From: Patescibacteria group bacterium
GTDB taxonomy: Bacteria > Patescibacteriota > Patescibacteriia > UBA1558 > GWA2-36-10
Direction of reading: 5' to 3'
Length of the DNA: 64,000 nucleotides
Assembly (NCBI GenBank): GCA_041662585.1
Contig: JBAZSG010000002.1
Span: 13,588 to 77,587, forward strand
The number at the start of each line of letters is the position of its first letter. Positions within the stretch are counted from its first letter, which is position 1. The translations under genes and the position numbers were made by a program. Below, piece after piece: positions 1-12,653 of the stretch. The notes below the pieces were generated by a model. It had not been told where the DNA came from. It made no database searches and was given only the letters and a program-made list of their open reading frames with translations.

Positions 1-2
1 CT

Positions 3-1493
3 CGTCAGGCCGAACGAGAATTGAGTATTCCGGCACAGGTCAAGGCGTGTCAAAAATATGGAATGGATCACAATTGGACTCTTGCACCGGATGGCATCTA
101 CGAAGAAAAGGGCGAATCGGCAAGAACCACCGATCGTCCACAGCTTCAAAAAATGCTTCACAGGTCAAAATCCGACACAAAAATTGATGTTATTTTGATG
201 CACAAGCTTGATCGTATGTGTCGCAATGTCGCCGATTATGCGGCGATCAAAATGATGCTTAAAAAACATGATGTTAGGTTGATCTCAGTGGTTGAGCAAT
301 TCGACGAGTCCTTCTCTGGAGAGCTAGTCGAAAACATTATGTCGTCAATTGCTCAATGGACATCTCAAAACATCAGCTGGGAGGTCAGGAAGGGTCTTAA
401 AGAGGCCGTAGAGCGTGGTCGGTTCCCGGGATACGCACCAATTGGGTATACGAACGATAAAAAAACCAAGTCTCTCATTATCGATAACATTCGGGCCCCT
501 TATATAAAACTGGCTTTTGAACTATATGCCACCGGCAAGTATTCGTATGATTCTCTGTCTGCCGATCTTAATAAGCGAGGTCTAAAAAGCAAATCAGGCA
601 AACATGTTAATCGCAAATCAATTGAGCATTTTCTCTGTAATCCAATTTACTATGGTCTTATAAAAACTCGATCGGCCACCTGTCAGGCAAACTTTCCACC
701 CTTAATCTCTAAAAAGCTTTTTGATGATGTTCAGGAGGTAGTCCAACAGCACAATCATTATGCTGATCGTACTCGCAAGCACTCATATCCTATGGCAGGG
801 TTCATGAGATGTGCTGTGTGTGGGTCTACACTTTGCGGACAGATGCAAAAGGGTCATCTTTACTATTCTTGTACTCACTGGCAAGACAAAAACTGCACAG
901 AACGCAAATATATGCGATGGGAGGTTGTTGAGGAACAGGTCGCTAACCAGTTATCACGGGTTCATCTACCTGATAAGTTTAAGAAGGTACTTGATTCTTA
1001 CTTTCAATATTTTGCCAAAGAAAGGCTCGAACAAGAAGACAAAGAACGCAAGAGTCTCAAGCGTGAGCTTATAAGAGTTCAACAACAGATTCGCAACATT
1101 GTCGTGGATCGTTCTAAGCGTATCATTGACGCAGATGTCTTTATAAAGATTCAGGATGAGCTTTTAAAGGAGAAGGAAATGTATCAGGATCGCTTGGGGG
1201 TACTTGAGGGCAAGTCTGACAAATTCGTGCAGAAATTTAATGAGTTGCTGGACTTCACGGATCATGCCGACAAGGTGTTCAACACCAGCTCAATGCATCA
1301 AAAACGCACACTGATGAAGCTTTGTTTTGAGGGATTCACTGTCAGTAATCAAAAACTGACGCCGATATGGACGCCAGTCTTTGATGTTCTTATGGATTTG
1401 CAAGTTTCCAAACTCGAACCACCGAAACCGTCAAAGGACTTAAAAACCCTTGCAGTTTCTAAAGTTCAAAGTTGGAAATCTGGCGGAGAGTAA
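3..1493 (+). CDS. Large serine recombinase (resolvase/invertase N-terminal domain plus recombinase and zinc-ribbon region), 5'-partial at the window edge
   Basis: The reading frame is open from nt 3. The sequence SIPAQ...DRPQLQKMLH...IDVILMHKLDRMCRN matches the serine-recombinase catalytic domain (S..Q core and DR.P.L motif), and about 350 aa of recombinase/Cys-rich region follow (CAVCG...YYSC). The stop codon overlaps the 3' end of the minus-strand tRNA-Ser. Confidence 0.8.
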   Translation, partial: RQAERELSIPAQVKACQKYGMDHNWTLAPDGIYEEKGESARTTDRPQLQKMLHRSKSDTKIDVILMHKLDRMCRNVADYAAIKMMLKKHDVRLISVVEQFDESFSGELVENIMSSIAQWTSQNISWEVRKGLKEAVERGRFPGYAPIGYTNDKKTKSLIIDNIRAPYIKLAFELYATGKYSYDSLSADLNKRGLKSKSGKHVNRKSIEHFLCNPIYYGLIKTRSATCQANFPPLISKKLFDDVQEVVQQHNHYADRTRKHSYPMAGFMRCAVCGSTLCGQMQKGHLYYSCTHWQDKNCTERKYMRWEVVEEQVANQLSRVHLPDKFKKVLDSYFQYFAKERLEQEDKERKSLKRELIRVQQQIRNIVVDRSKRIIDADVFIKIQDELLKEKEMYQDRLGVLEGKSDKFVQKFNELLDFTDHADKVFNTSSMHQKRTLMKLCFEGFTVSNQKLTPIWTPVFDVLMDLQVSKLEPPKPSKDLKTLAVSKVQSWKSGGE

Positions 1494-1570
1494 GGGATTC
1501 GAACCCTTGAAAGCTTTTACACTTTACCCGCTTTCCAAGCGAGCGCACTCGACCACTATGCGAACTCTCC
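1481..1570 (-). tRNA. tRNA-Ser (anticodon GGA), long variable arm, encoded CCA
   Basis: The reverse complement reads GGAGAGTTCGCATAGTGGTCGAGTGCGCTCGCTTGGAAAGCGGG...AAGGGTTCGAATCCCTTACTCTCCGCCA. It has a 7-bp acceptor stem, a T-loop GGTTCGAATCC, an anticodon loop TTGGAAA (GGA) and a long variable arm; length is 90 nt. Confidence 0.85.
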
Positions 1571-1626
1571 ATGATTTAACTAATTTTCTAAATATTTCTC
1601 CTCATTTATAATATTCCCCTTATCTG

Positions 1627-1682
1627 TTTCTTAGCCACCCCCACGTAGCGGGGTCCCGCTTCGCGGGATATGCGAACTCTCC
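1627..1682. repeat. 56-bp direct repeat, copy 1: tttcttagccaccccc(a/g)cgtagcggggtcccgcttcgcgggatatgcgaactctcc
   Basis: Near-identical copy at 1941-1996 with 1 mismatch. It contains the hairpin TCCCGC-TTC-GCGGGA. The last 14 nt (tatgcgaactctcc) equal the 5' end of tRNA-Ser (GGAGAGTTCGCATA on the minus strand). Confidence 0.8.
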
Positions 1683-1931
1683 TTATTTAAATTCTCCAAT
1701 GAGCTTCTTAAATTTTATTCCTCCCTTATAAGACTTAATTTCTAACTCTCTTCTATATGCTTCTGATTTAGTATTATAAATCTCCGTGTAAATTAATTTC
1801 CATGGAGCAAACTTTTTAGAATAAACAGATCTTCCAGTATTATGCCTTAAAATTCTATCATTTAAATCCTTTGTATGCCCTGTATAATACTTACCAAACT
1901 TTAAACTTTTCAAAATATAAACTTTATACAT
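1683..1931 (-). CDS. Small GIY-YIG nuclease-domain protein (82 aa)
   Basis: MYKVYILKSLKFGKYYTGHTKDLNDRILRHN...YRRELEIK has the GIY-YIG signature (Y.Y...G..Y.G.T......R...H). The start is trimmed to the internal Met, because the longer ORF reads through repeat copy 2. Confidence 0.65.
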   Translation of the reverse strand: MYKVYILKSLKFGKYYTGHTKDLNDRILRHNTGRSVYSKKFAPWKLIYTEIYNTKSEAYRRELEIKSYKGGIKFKKLIGEFK

Positions 1932-1940
1932 ACCATCGCT

Positions 1941-1996
1941 TTTCTTAGCCACCCCCGCGTAGCGGGGTCCCGCTTCGCGGGATATGCGAACTCTCC
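1941..1996. repeat. 56-bp direct repeat, copy 2
   Basis: Matches 1627-1682 with one mismatch. It lies immediately upstream of the GIY-YIG start codon on the minus strand. Confidence 0.8.
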
Positions 1997-2089
1997 AAAA
2001 CACGGTTTCTAGTATAAATTTTATTGCCCATTTAGTCAATACAGCCTATCTATGATAAAATAAATACTAATAGATTAACTATATCACTT

Positions 2090-3043
2090 ATGTTAGAAAT
2101 ATTTATAGTAATAATACCTCTATTTTTAATAATCTTTGGCTCAGCTATTATTGCTCGTATCAAAAAGCTAGATGAAAATTGGGAAAAAGTGCTCAATTCT
2201 TTTGCTTTGAATGTCGGGCTACCAGCTTTGATATTTTCATCTTTAGCCAAAGTATCATTTAAGGGTCAAGTTGATATTATCATTGCCAATTCTTTGTTTT
2301 TATTGCTAAGCTTTGCTTTGATCTATATCTTAAGTAAAAATTTTAAGATAAGCCGTAAAACTATAAAAACTTTATTTATCTGTTTTGCTTTTGGTAATAT
2401 TGCTTATCTTGGCATTCCGGTGTTGACTCAAATATATGGTGCCAAAATATTACCTAATGCTAGCCTGATTGTTGGTGTACATTTATTTTGGTTGTTTACC
2501 ATTGGTCTAGGCTTTTTGGATTATGATTTGACTAGTCGTCAGAGCTGGATTGGTAAATTGTTTCACAAAAAAAATAAACAAGCTATTATCAAACACATTG
2601 GTTTTAATTTACTAAAAAATCCTCTATTAATTTCTATTTTTCTAGGCTTATTAGTCGCTATAGCTGATATTCGTCTACCAAGGCTCATAGCTACAACCAT
2701 AGATATGCTCGCTGCGTCAGTCAGCCCTGTAGTGCTGGTAGTTATAGGTTTATTTATTGGCAACTCTCAAATCGGCAAACTCAAAGAATGGATTCCAATT
2801 TTTATTTTTAGTATTATAACTTTATTGGTATTACCGGGAGCATTTTATTTGGGACTAAAAATATTTGCGACTGACTTGTCCAAATATATTCCCTCAATGA
2901 TTGAAATTGCTATGCCTCTAGCCATTACTCCTTTTGCCTTGGCTGATAAATTTGATTTAGATAAAAAATTTATTGCTCGGGCTATAGTACTGAGCACAAT
3001 ATTATCTATTATTACTATCCCTATTTGGGCTAGTATATTATAA
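2090..3043 (+). CDS. Auxin-efflux-carrier (AEC) family transporter / permease
   Basis: 317 aa with about 10 predicted transmembrane helices. The N-terminal pattern LNSFALNVGLPALIFSSL and C-terminal half are typical of AEC/malate-permease-like proteins. Confidence 0.55.
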   Translation: MLEIFIVIIPLFLIIFGSAIIARIKKLDENWEKVLNSFALNVGLPALIFSSLAKVSFKGQVDIIIANSLFLLLSFALIYILSKNFKISRKTIKTLFICFAFGNIAYLGIPVLTQIYGAKILPNASLIVGVHLFWLFTIGLGFLDYDLTSRQSWIGKLFHKKNKQAIIKHIGFNLLKNPLLISIFLGLLVAIADIRLPRLIATTIDMLAASVSPVVLVVIGLFIGNSQIGKLKEWIPIFIFSIITLLVLPGAFYLGLKIFATDLSKYIPSMIEIAMPLAITPFALADKFDLDKKFIARAIVLSTILSIITIPIWASIL

Positions 3044-3052
3044 AGACAAACT

Positions 3053-3095
3053 AAAACAACCTGCGAGGTTGACCCAAGCTCGCAGGTTGTTTTTT
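3053..3095. terminator. Bidirectional rho-independent terminator between convergent AEC gene and ppsA
   Basis: aaaa-aacctgcgag-(11-nt loop)-ctcgcaggtt-gtttttt: a 10-bp perfect stem flanked by an A-run and a T-run. Confidence 0.8.
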
Positions 3096-3099
3096 AAAT

Positions 3100-5505
<2,406 letters not shown>

Positions 5506-5556
5506 ATTTTCTTTATTTACCAGCGCCTTTGGCGTGGTCCCGCTTGGCGGGATAAA

Positions 5557-5865
5557 TTAAAATTTTAGTTTCTTGGCATATCTACCCAAAAATGGCATTT
5601 CCCAAAAACTACCATTAAGAGCATTGATTACTCCTAGTATTGCCAGTAGCATTACCAAAAGAGCCAAAGCCCAGCCAATAATTGGCACAGGAAAAAACCA
5701 ACCAAACAATAGCTCTACAGCAAACAAGAGCAAGCCTTGCTTGGCGTGGAATTGAGCTAATTTGGATTTTCTTTTAAATAGCAATGGTATTAGACATAGT
5801 GCCCAAACATAAGACAAGGCAGCCATGGTACCATTTGCTTCTAAATCTTTTTTATCTACTTCCAT
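5557..5865 (-). CDS. DUF4870-family small membrane protein
   Basis: 102 aa. ALSYVWALCLIPLLFKR...FHAKQGLLLF matches the DUF4870 pattern, with 2-3 transmembrane helices. Confidence 0.55.
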   Translation of the reverse strand: MEVDKKDLEANGTMAALSYVWALCLIPLLFKRKSKLAQFHAKQGLLLFAVELLFGWFFPVPIIGWALALLVMLLAILGVINALNGSFWEMPFLGRYAKKLKF

Positions 5866-5883
5866 ATATTATATTTTTATTAT

Positions 5884-6420
5884 TTATTTTAATTGTTTGG
5901 TATTTTTGGTTGCTTTGATAAACAAAATTCCTAAAAAAACAATAAGTAAAACTACCCAAATAGGCTCCACCAAAAAACTAAGCCAAGCCCAAACAGATTT
6001 TACATAAATGATTTTTATAATACCCAGTATTATTACTGCTGAAACAAAAGATACAATAGTAGTAATAAACATTTTGTCAGTAGCTAGTAGCCATTTGAGA
6101 CGAGCCAAAGCCAACCAAACTACTATAATTATAAATCGCCAAATCCAAGTAGCCCAAAATATAAACTGCTCTGACCAATATAGCTTGATTCCAATCTGTC
6201 TAAGAAATAGCTCGGTCAGCACAATAAAAACCAACAAAACAATAGATACTAGTGTCCAAGAAAAGCTTGGTTGGGCTTTTGGTTTTAGCTTTTGTACTTC
6301 TTTGACCAGCTCTTCTTCTATGTCATGAGAACCAAAATCAGCTACCCAAATCTCTGTTGATTCTTCAAACTCCAGACCACTATTTTGATCAATTGTATGT
6401 TTAGATTTTTTAAAAATCAT
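5884..6420 (-). CDS. Hypothetical membrane protein (soluble acidic N-terminus plus 4 transmembrane helices)
   Basis: ORF with hydrophobic helices. No recognisable motif. Confidence 0.4.
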   Translation of the reverse strand: MIFKKSKHTIDQNSGLEFEESTEIWVADFGSHDIEEELVKEVQKLKPKAQPSFSWTLVSIVLLVFIVLTELFLRQIGIKLYWSEQFIFWATWIWRFIIIVVWLALARLKWLLATDKMFITTIVSFVSAVIILGIIKIIYVKSVWAWLSFLVEPIWVVLLIVFLGILFIKATKNTKQLK

Positions 6421-6465
6421 AGACTTTTATTAATAACTATATTATACCAAAAAATAGCTCAAAAT

Positions 6466-6492
6466 AAAAACCCTAGCTTAAACTAGGGTTTT
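6466..6492. terminator. Rho-independent terminator (bidirectional)
   Basis: aaaaa-ccctag-cttaaa-ctaggg-tttt. Confidence 0.7.
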
Positions 6493-6510
6493 GATAAATA
6501 TACAATATCT

Positions 6511-8127
6511 TTAAATCACTTCGGCCAAAACAGTAACATTTTCTATACGAGTATTGTTGGTTTCGTTTGATTCAATGAGCTGATTAGATGCATCAGCTGT
6601 CATACTTAGTTCTTTGGTACTAGTAGCTGTAAAATAGCCGGTCCACATAAAAGAAAGTAGCTCATTGGGATCAAATGGCTCGGCGACTGACACAATAGGA
6701 GGTGTTGTGGTTGCAGTAGTTGTAAAATCTTCAAAAGAAGCTAAACCATTTAAAATCCCCGCGGTATTTGTCAGTGCCAGTGTCCCACTATTTTTAATAT
6801 ATACTGTAATGGTAGTTGTAGCATTTACAGTAGGACTAGCCAGATTTAGTACAATATCGCTTACTGTAATATCTGGTAATACTACTTCTTCGGCTATCAC
6901 TGTAAAATTTTCTGTGCGAGTATTATTTGTTTCGTTTGATTCAGCTAGAGTATTGACATAATCAGTGGTCACTGACAAAGCCTTGGTACTAGTAGCTGTA
7001 AAGTAACCTGTCCATACTATAGAAGCACTTTCGTTGGCTACTAAAGGATCAGTAGCAGAAACAGTAGAAGTGCTTACTGATGTGATATTAAAATCTTCTA
7101 AGGATTTTGAAACATCAAAAATTGGCTGATAATTTGTCAGTGAAGTGTTGCCAGAATTTTTGATATAAGCAGTAATAGTCGTTGTAGCATTGACGGTTGG
7201 AGTATTGGTGCCCAAAGCAATATCTGACAACATAATATCTATAGTGCTAGTAGTTGTATCATCATCGTCATCCTCGTCTTCGTCCTCATCATCATCACTA
7301 TCATCACCAGAACACCTGCCTCTGACATCACCATGTGCCAAATGAGCCTCTAAGGCACTGCGAGAAACCTTGATGGTTCTATTGGCCAATTCTGGTTTAT
7401 GACAAACAACTACTTTGTCATGACCTCTACCTATTTCAAAATCTTCCATATCATCATCTGATTCTACTAGTTCTCCGTTATCATATAAACTAGATAATCT
7501 GTGAAGTTTGATAATATTTTTTCTAATTAAATTTTGCAATCTTAAAACTTCAGCCACTATTTTTCTTCTTTGACCATTTTCTATCAAGAAATATTGTCCT
7601 GTCTCTTCCTCTTCCACTACACTTCCTTCTGGTAAATTGTCTGCTGACAATATACCATTTTTTATTTTGTAACTAACGGCAAATAAACCTGGATCAATAT
7701 CTAAAACAAGTTTGTGCCAAGTATCTCCATAAAAATTACGAGCTGTAGCTTCATCTGGTATGTAGGTCAATTCACCATCTTCGCCCACAGCGTAAACCTT
7801 GACTGTGTTACGATGAGTAATTAACCTTGTTCCAGCTTGGAAGGTCACTGTACCACCATCAGCAATATTATCTAAATCGCTCAAATCAACTTCTGCTACT
7901 TTTGAAAAATCATCATACCAAGTATTAAAAGTCTTTTGATCTGGGTAAATATATTTTTTACCGTCAACACCAATTTGATAGACAGCTGCTCCCTTTACTC
8001 CTTTTATCTTGAGTAAATCGCCAGCTTTATAGTTTGAACTGGCCTTTACACTAGAAGGTGTAAAAACCATACTCAAAGCAAAGATACTTAAAAAAAGTAT
8101 TTTGGTTATATTTTTTCTAATTTGCAT
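6511..8127 (-). CDS. Secreted protein with signal peptide, poly-Asp/Glu linker and two CARDB-like repeat domains
   Basis: The N-terminal signal peptide reads MQIRKNITKILFLSIFALSMVFTPSSVKA. A DDSDDDEDEDEDDDDD tract is present. There are two tandem repeats of about 110 aa carrying the SNETNNTR motif typical of CARDB domains, and the tandem repeat is also visible at nucleotide level (about 6540-6900 versus 6900-7260). Confidence 0.6.
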   Translation of the reverse strand: MQIRKNITKILFLSIFALSMVFTPSSVKASSNYKAGDLLKIKGVKGAAVYQIGVDGKKYIYPDQKTFNTWYDDFSKVAEVDLSDLDNIADGGTVTFQAGTRLITHRNTVKVYAVGEDGELTYIPDEATARNFYGDTWHKLVLDIDPGLFAVSYKIKNGILSADNLPEGSVVEEEETGQYFLIENGQRRKIVAEVLRLQNLIRKNIIKLHRLSSLYDNGELVESDDDMEDFEIGRGHDKVVVCHKPELANRTIKVSRSALEAHLAHGDVRGRCSGDDSDDDEDEDEDDDDDTTTSTIDIMLSDIALGTNTPTVNATTTITAYIKNSGNTSLTNYQPIFDVSKSLEDFNITSVSTSTVSATDPLVANESASIVWTGYFTATSTKALSVTTDYVNTLAESNETNNTRTENFTVIAEEVVLPDITVSDIVLNLASPTVNATTTITVYIKNSGTLALTNTAGILNGLASFEDFTTTATTTPPIVSVAEPFDPNELLSFMWTGYFTATSTKELSMTADASNQLIESNETNNTRIENVTVLAEVI

Positions 8128-8277
8128 AGTATTTTTGTTAATTATTTTAATTATTATATATATAATATAGCTTATTATTATTAAAAAGTTACAAAATATA
8201 ATTTATTACATATATTATAGTAACATTTTTAAGACAAAACAAAAACCCCGAGCAAGTCGGAGTTTTTAAATTTTATA

Positions 8278-10219
<1,942 letters not shown>

Positions 10220-10239
10220 ATCTTTGTATAGTTAATAAT

Positions 10240-10266
10240 TAGCACTCATTACTTATGAGTGCTAAT
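10240..10266 (-). promoter_or_regulatory. CIRCE operator (HrcA-binding inverted repeat) upstream of groES-groEL
   Basis: TTAGCACTCA-ttacttA-TGAGTGCTAA matches the CIRCE consensus TTAGCACTC-N9-GAGTGCTAA, 21 bp upstream of the groES start. A TTGACA -35 box (complement of 10291-10296) lies just upstream on the minus strand. Confidence 0.85.
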
Positions 10267-10295
10267 AGCTTACAAAATTTTAATTGTATTGTCAA

Positions 10296-11615
10296 CTACT
10301 CTTGATGATGTTTATACATATTTACTAGCCCCAAAGACATGAGTATCCACCCTGTCCAAGAAGTCCAAAGATAATGATCAAAGAAACCAATAATTATTAA
10401 GCCCATTATCAAACTAGTAGACATAATATCTATTTTATTAGCCGATTTTATAATACGCCTTACTGTATAAACTATAAAAAAAGCTCCAATAAGCCCTAGC
10501 TCAGCAAACATAAGTATAAATATGTCATGGATTGGTTGGACATTGTACACTTCTTGATGAGGATATTTTTCTAAAGTAGCCAAAGTATTCATCCCCAAGC
10601 CTTGCCCAAAAAATACATTTTTATAATTGTCCCAACCCAGTTGAGCAAAAGTATCTACTCTTTCAATGACTGATTTTTGTTCTAATCGTCCATTCATCTC
10701 AATGCGAGTAGACCAAGCTCCTGGAAACCAAGTATTAAAAGACCAAAAAACCAGAAAAAATATAAATAAATATTTAACTATAATATTTACACTAAGCCAG
10801 TTTCTTTTAAAAACATTTATCACGGTCAAAGAAAATAAACTAAGCAACAATGCCAATATAGCACTACGAGAAAAACTAGCTAATATGCCATAAGTACTAA
10901 TCACTAAGGCTATAATGATAAAAATTAAATTCCAAAAATTTATTTTCTTAAAAAATTTATTCCAAAAATTTGACTCATTATTTTTATAAGCTTCTATCCA
11001 AAGATAAATACCAAAAAATATTACTACAAACAAAAATCCGCCCAAGACATTGGGATGTGGCAGGGATCCATAGGCTCTCAGTATCCTATTGTCAGCAAAC
11101 TCTACTACCGAAGTACCAAGCGTAGATGGTAAGTGCTCTGATATACCTAGCCATTTACTAGCTACTACTTTTTGAGTAAATAATTGATAAATAGCCAAAA
11201 TACCTTGAAGGGTACCTGAAAATAAAAAAGCACGATAAACAAATATTTTTGGTATAAATCTTACTAAATAAGCAAAAATAACTGCACTATAGATCAAAAA
11301 TAAATAATAAAAAGATACCAGTGGTGCTGGTGAACGAAAACTAATAACTACCGAATAAATAAATAAAATATAAAAAAAATTGGAGTGTGAAAAATGAAGT
11401 TCTTTTTTCTTATATAAGGCAAAAAATATAGTAGCCAAAAGTAAAACAATAACACTAGCATAAAGACTAAGCCTACCATATTCCCACAGCTCTATGCCTA
11501 GTGGCCAATCATAAAAAAGCCATCTGGTTTGCCACGGAATAAGTAAAACGAACAAACTCAAGAAAAAATGAAATAAGTTTTGATAATTTAGCTTAAATTT
11601 ATTTTTTTTAAACAT
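10296..11615 (-). CDS. O-antigen ligase / Wzy-like polytopic membrane protein
   Basis: 439 aa with more than 10 transmembrane helices and a central periplasmic loop containing the SRSA motif common in O-antigen ligase-like proteins. Confidence 0.45.
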   Translation of the reverse strand: MFKKNKFKLNYQNLFHFFLSLFVLLIPWQTRWLFYDWPLGIELWEYGRLSLYASVIVLLLATIFFALYKKKELHFSHSNFFYILFIYSVVISFRSPAPLVSFYYLFLIYSAVIFAYLVRFIPKIFVYRAFLFSGTLQGILAIYQLFTQKVVASKWLGISEHLPSTLGTSVVEFADNRILRAYGSLPHPNVLGGFLFVVIFFGIYLWIEAYKNNESNFWNKFFKKINFWNLIFIIIALVISTYGILASFSRSAILALLLSLFSLTVINVFKRNWLSVNIIVKYLFIFFLVFWSFNTWFPGAWSTRIEMNGRLEQKSVIERVDTFAQLGWDNYKNVFFGQGLGMNTLATLEKYPHQEVYNVQPIHDIFILMFAELGLIGAFFIVYTVRRIIKSANKIDIMSTSLIMGLIIIGFFDHYLWTSWTGWILMSLGLVNMYKHHQE

Positions 11616-11638
11616 AAATATTAATTAATTCTATAGGT

Positions 11639-12583
11639 CTAATTTTTATTTATTAATACATGTACTCTTTCTCGCCACTGCTTAGCAAATAACTCACGAT
11701 TATCATTGGAATAAAATTTGAGCATTTGCTCATTGACAATGACCCGAGTATCAATATTTATCAAAGTCTTAAGATTTTTATCAATAATTTTTATTTGAAT
11801 CATACGATAAAAATTATAAACAAAACGCCTAATAAATGGCGGATTAAAAATAAACGCGATAATAATATTGGAAATTTTTGATAAAAGACTACTATACACT
11901 TCTTTGGCAAATTGATTTGGATAAGCGTTGGGCAAATAATTTTTATACCAATGATTTTCTTCTAAAAATTTTTCATACAAACCATCCGGATTATAAACTG
12001 GTATAAGATTGGTGAGCCAATAAGGATAATAAATATCATCTTTATTCATTTGGCTACTTTCAATATTTAAATATTTTTCATCTACAAAAAAACTAAGACA
12101 AAATGTATCTTTCTTACTATCCTCTCTAGGTCGCATATGCAAAAATTTTACAATCAAAATAGTAAAAAATCTAGCGAGCCAAATAGTACCACGACGAGAA
12201 ATAATAAATAAATCTATATCACTTTTTTCTCCAGCATTACTATAACCCAAGGAGTTACAGACAGCTACCATTCTTACAAAGGGAATAAAACGATACACTT
12301 TGGCCAAATATATAACTTTACGAAATTTTCTTTCAGCCAGATTGTTGCGTTGCTTACGCTTTAGGTATATAGAATCCCTACCTTTTATATGATAAAAACC
12401 TTCTTTGCTATCAAGTTTATCTTTCAAAATCTGGCTAGTAGCCAAAGTTTCTCTAAGGTCAGCTAAACTGTATTTTTGTTGTGGTTTATAAAGCCACTTC
12501 CACAGCTCACTAGCTGTCAGTGGGTAAGAAAAAACATCAAAAAAAGCAATAGTTTTAAGAATGGCTTTTTCTAAATCATTCAT
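11639..12583 (-). CDS. Hypothetical protein with minimal nucleotidyltransferase-like motif
   Basis: NSLGYSNAGEKSDIDLFIISR resembles the G[SG]...SDID signature of the polymerase-beta nucleotidyltransferase fold. The rest is unassigned. Confidence 0.3.
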   Translation of the reverse strand: MNDLEKAILKTIAFFDVFSYPLTASELWKWLYKPQQKYSLADLRETLATSQILKDKLDSKEGFYHIKGRDSIYLKRKQRNNLAERKFRKVIYLAKVYRFIPFVRMVAVCNSLGYSNAGEKSDIDLFIISRRGTIWLARFFTILIVKFLHMRPREDSKKDTFCLSFFVDEKYLNIESSQMNKDDIYYPYWLTNLIPVYNPDGLYEKFLEENHWYKNYLPNAYPNQFAKEVYSSLLSKISNIIIAFIFNPPFIRRFVYNFYRMIQIKIIDKNLKTLINIDTRVIVNEQMLKFYSNDNRELFAKQWRERVHVLINKN

Positions 12584-12621
12584 GCCTATATAATACTCAA
12601 AAATGACATTTATTACAAGAA

Positions 12622-12653
12622 ATAAAAATCCCCTGTTAAGGGGGATTTTATTT
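12622..12653 (-). terminator. Rho-independent terminator downstream of uvrA (hairpin family CCCCCTGTTAAGGGGG)
   Basis: aaaaatcccc-tgttaag-ggggatttta: a GC stem followed by a U-run on the minus strand. Confidence 0.7.

Noticed and set aside
811-1074. Small alternative-frame and antisense ORFs inside long conserved genes (for example 811-1074, 4265-4486, 13146-13812, 42218-43526)
   Set aside because: They are embedded within high-confidence conserved CDSs (recombinase, ppsA, uvrA, gyrA), have no motifs, and are typical six-frame noise in AT-rich DNA.
6541-7260. Tandem DNA repeat inside 6511-8127 considered as CRISPR-like or satellite
   Set aside because: Repeat unit is about 360 bp, imperfect and fully in-frame within a CDS, so it is a protein domain duplication and not a CRISPR array. 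No short direct repeats with unique spacers exist anywhere in the window.
8243-8268. Putative terminator aaaaccccgagcaagtcggagttttt after groEL
   Set aside because: Only a 4-bp stem can be drawn (ccga/tcgg), which is too weak to annotate, although the flanking A/T runs suggest some termination function.
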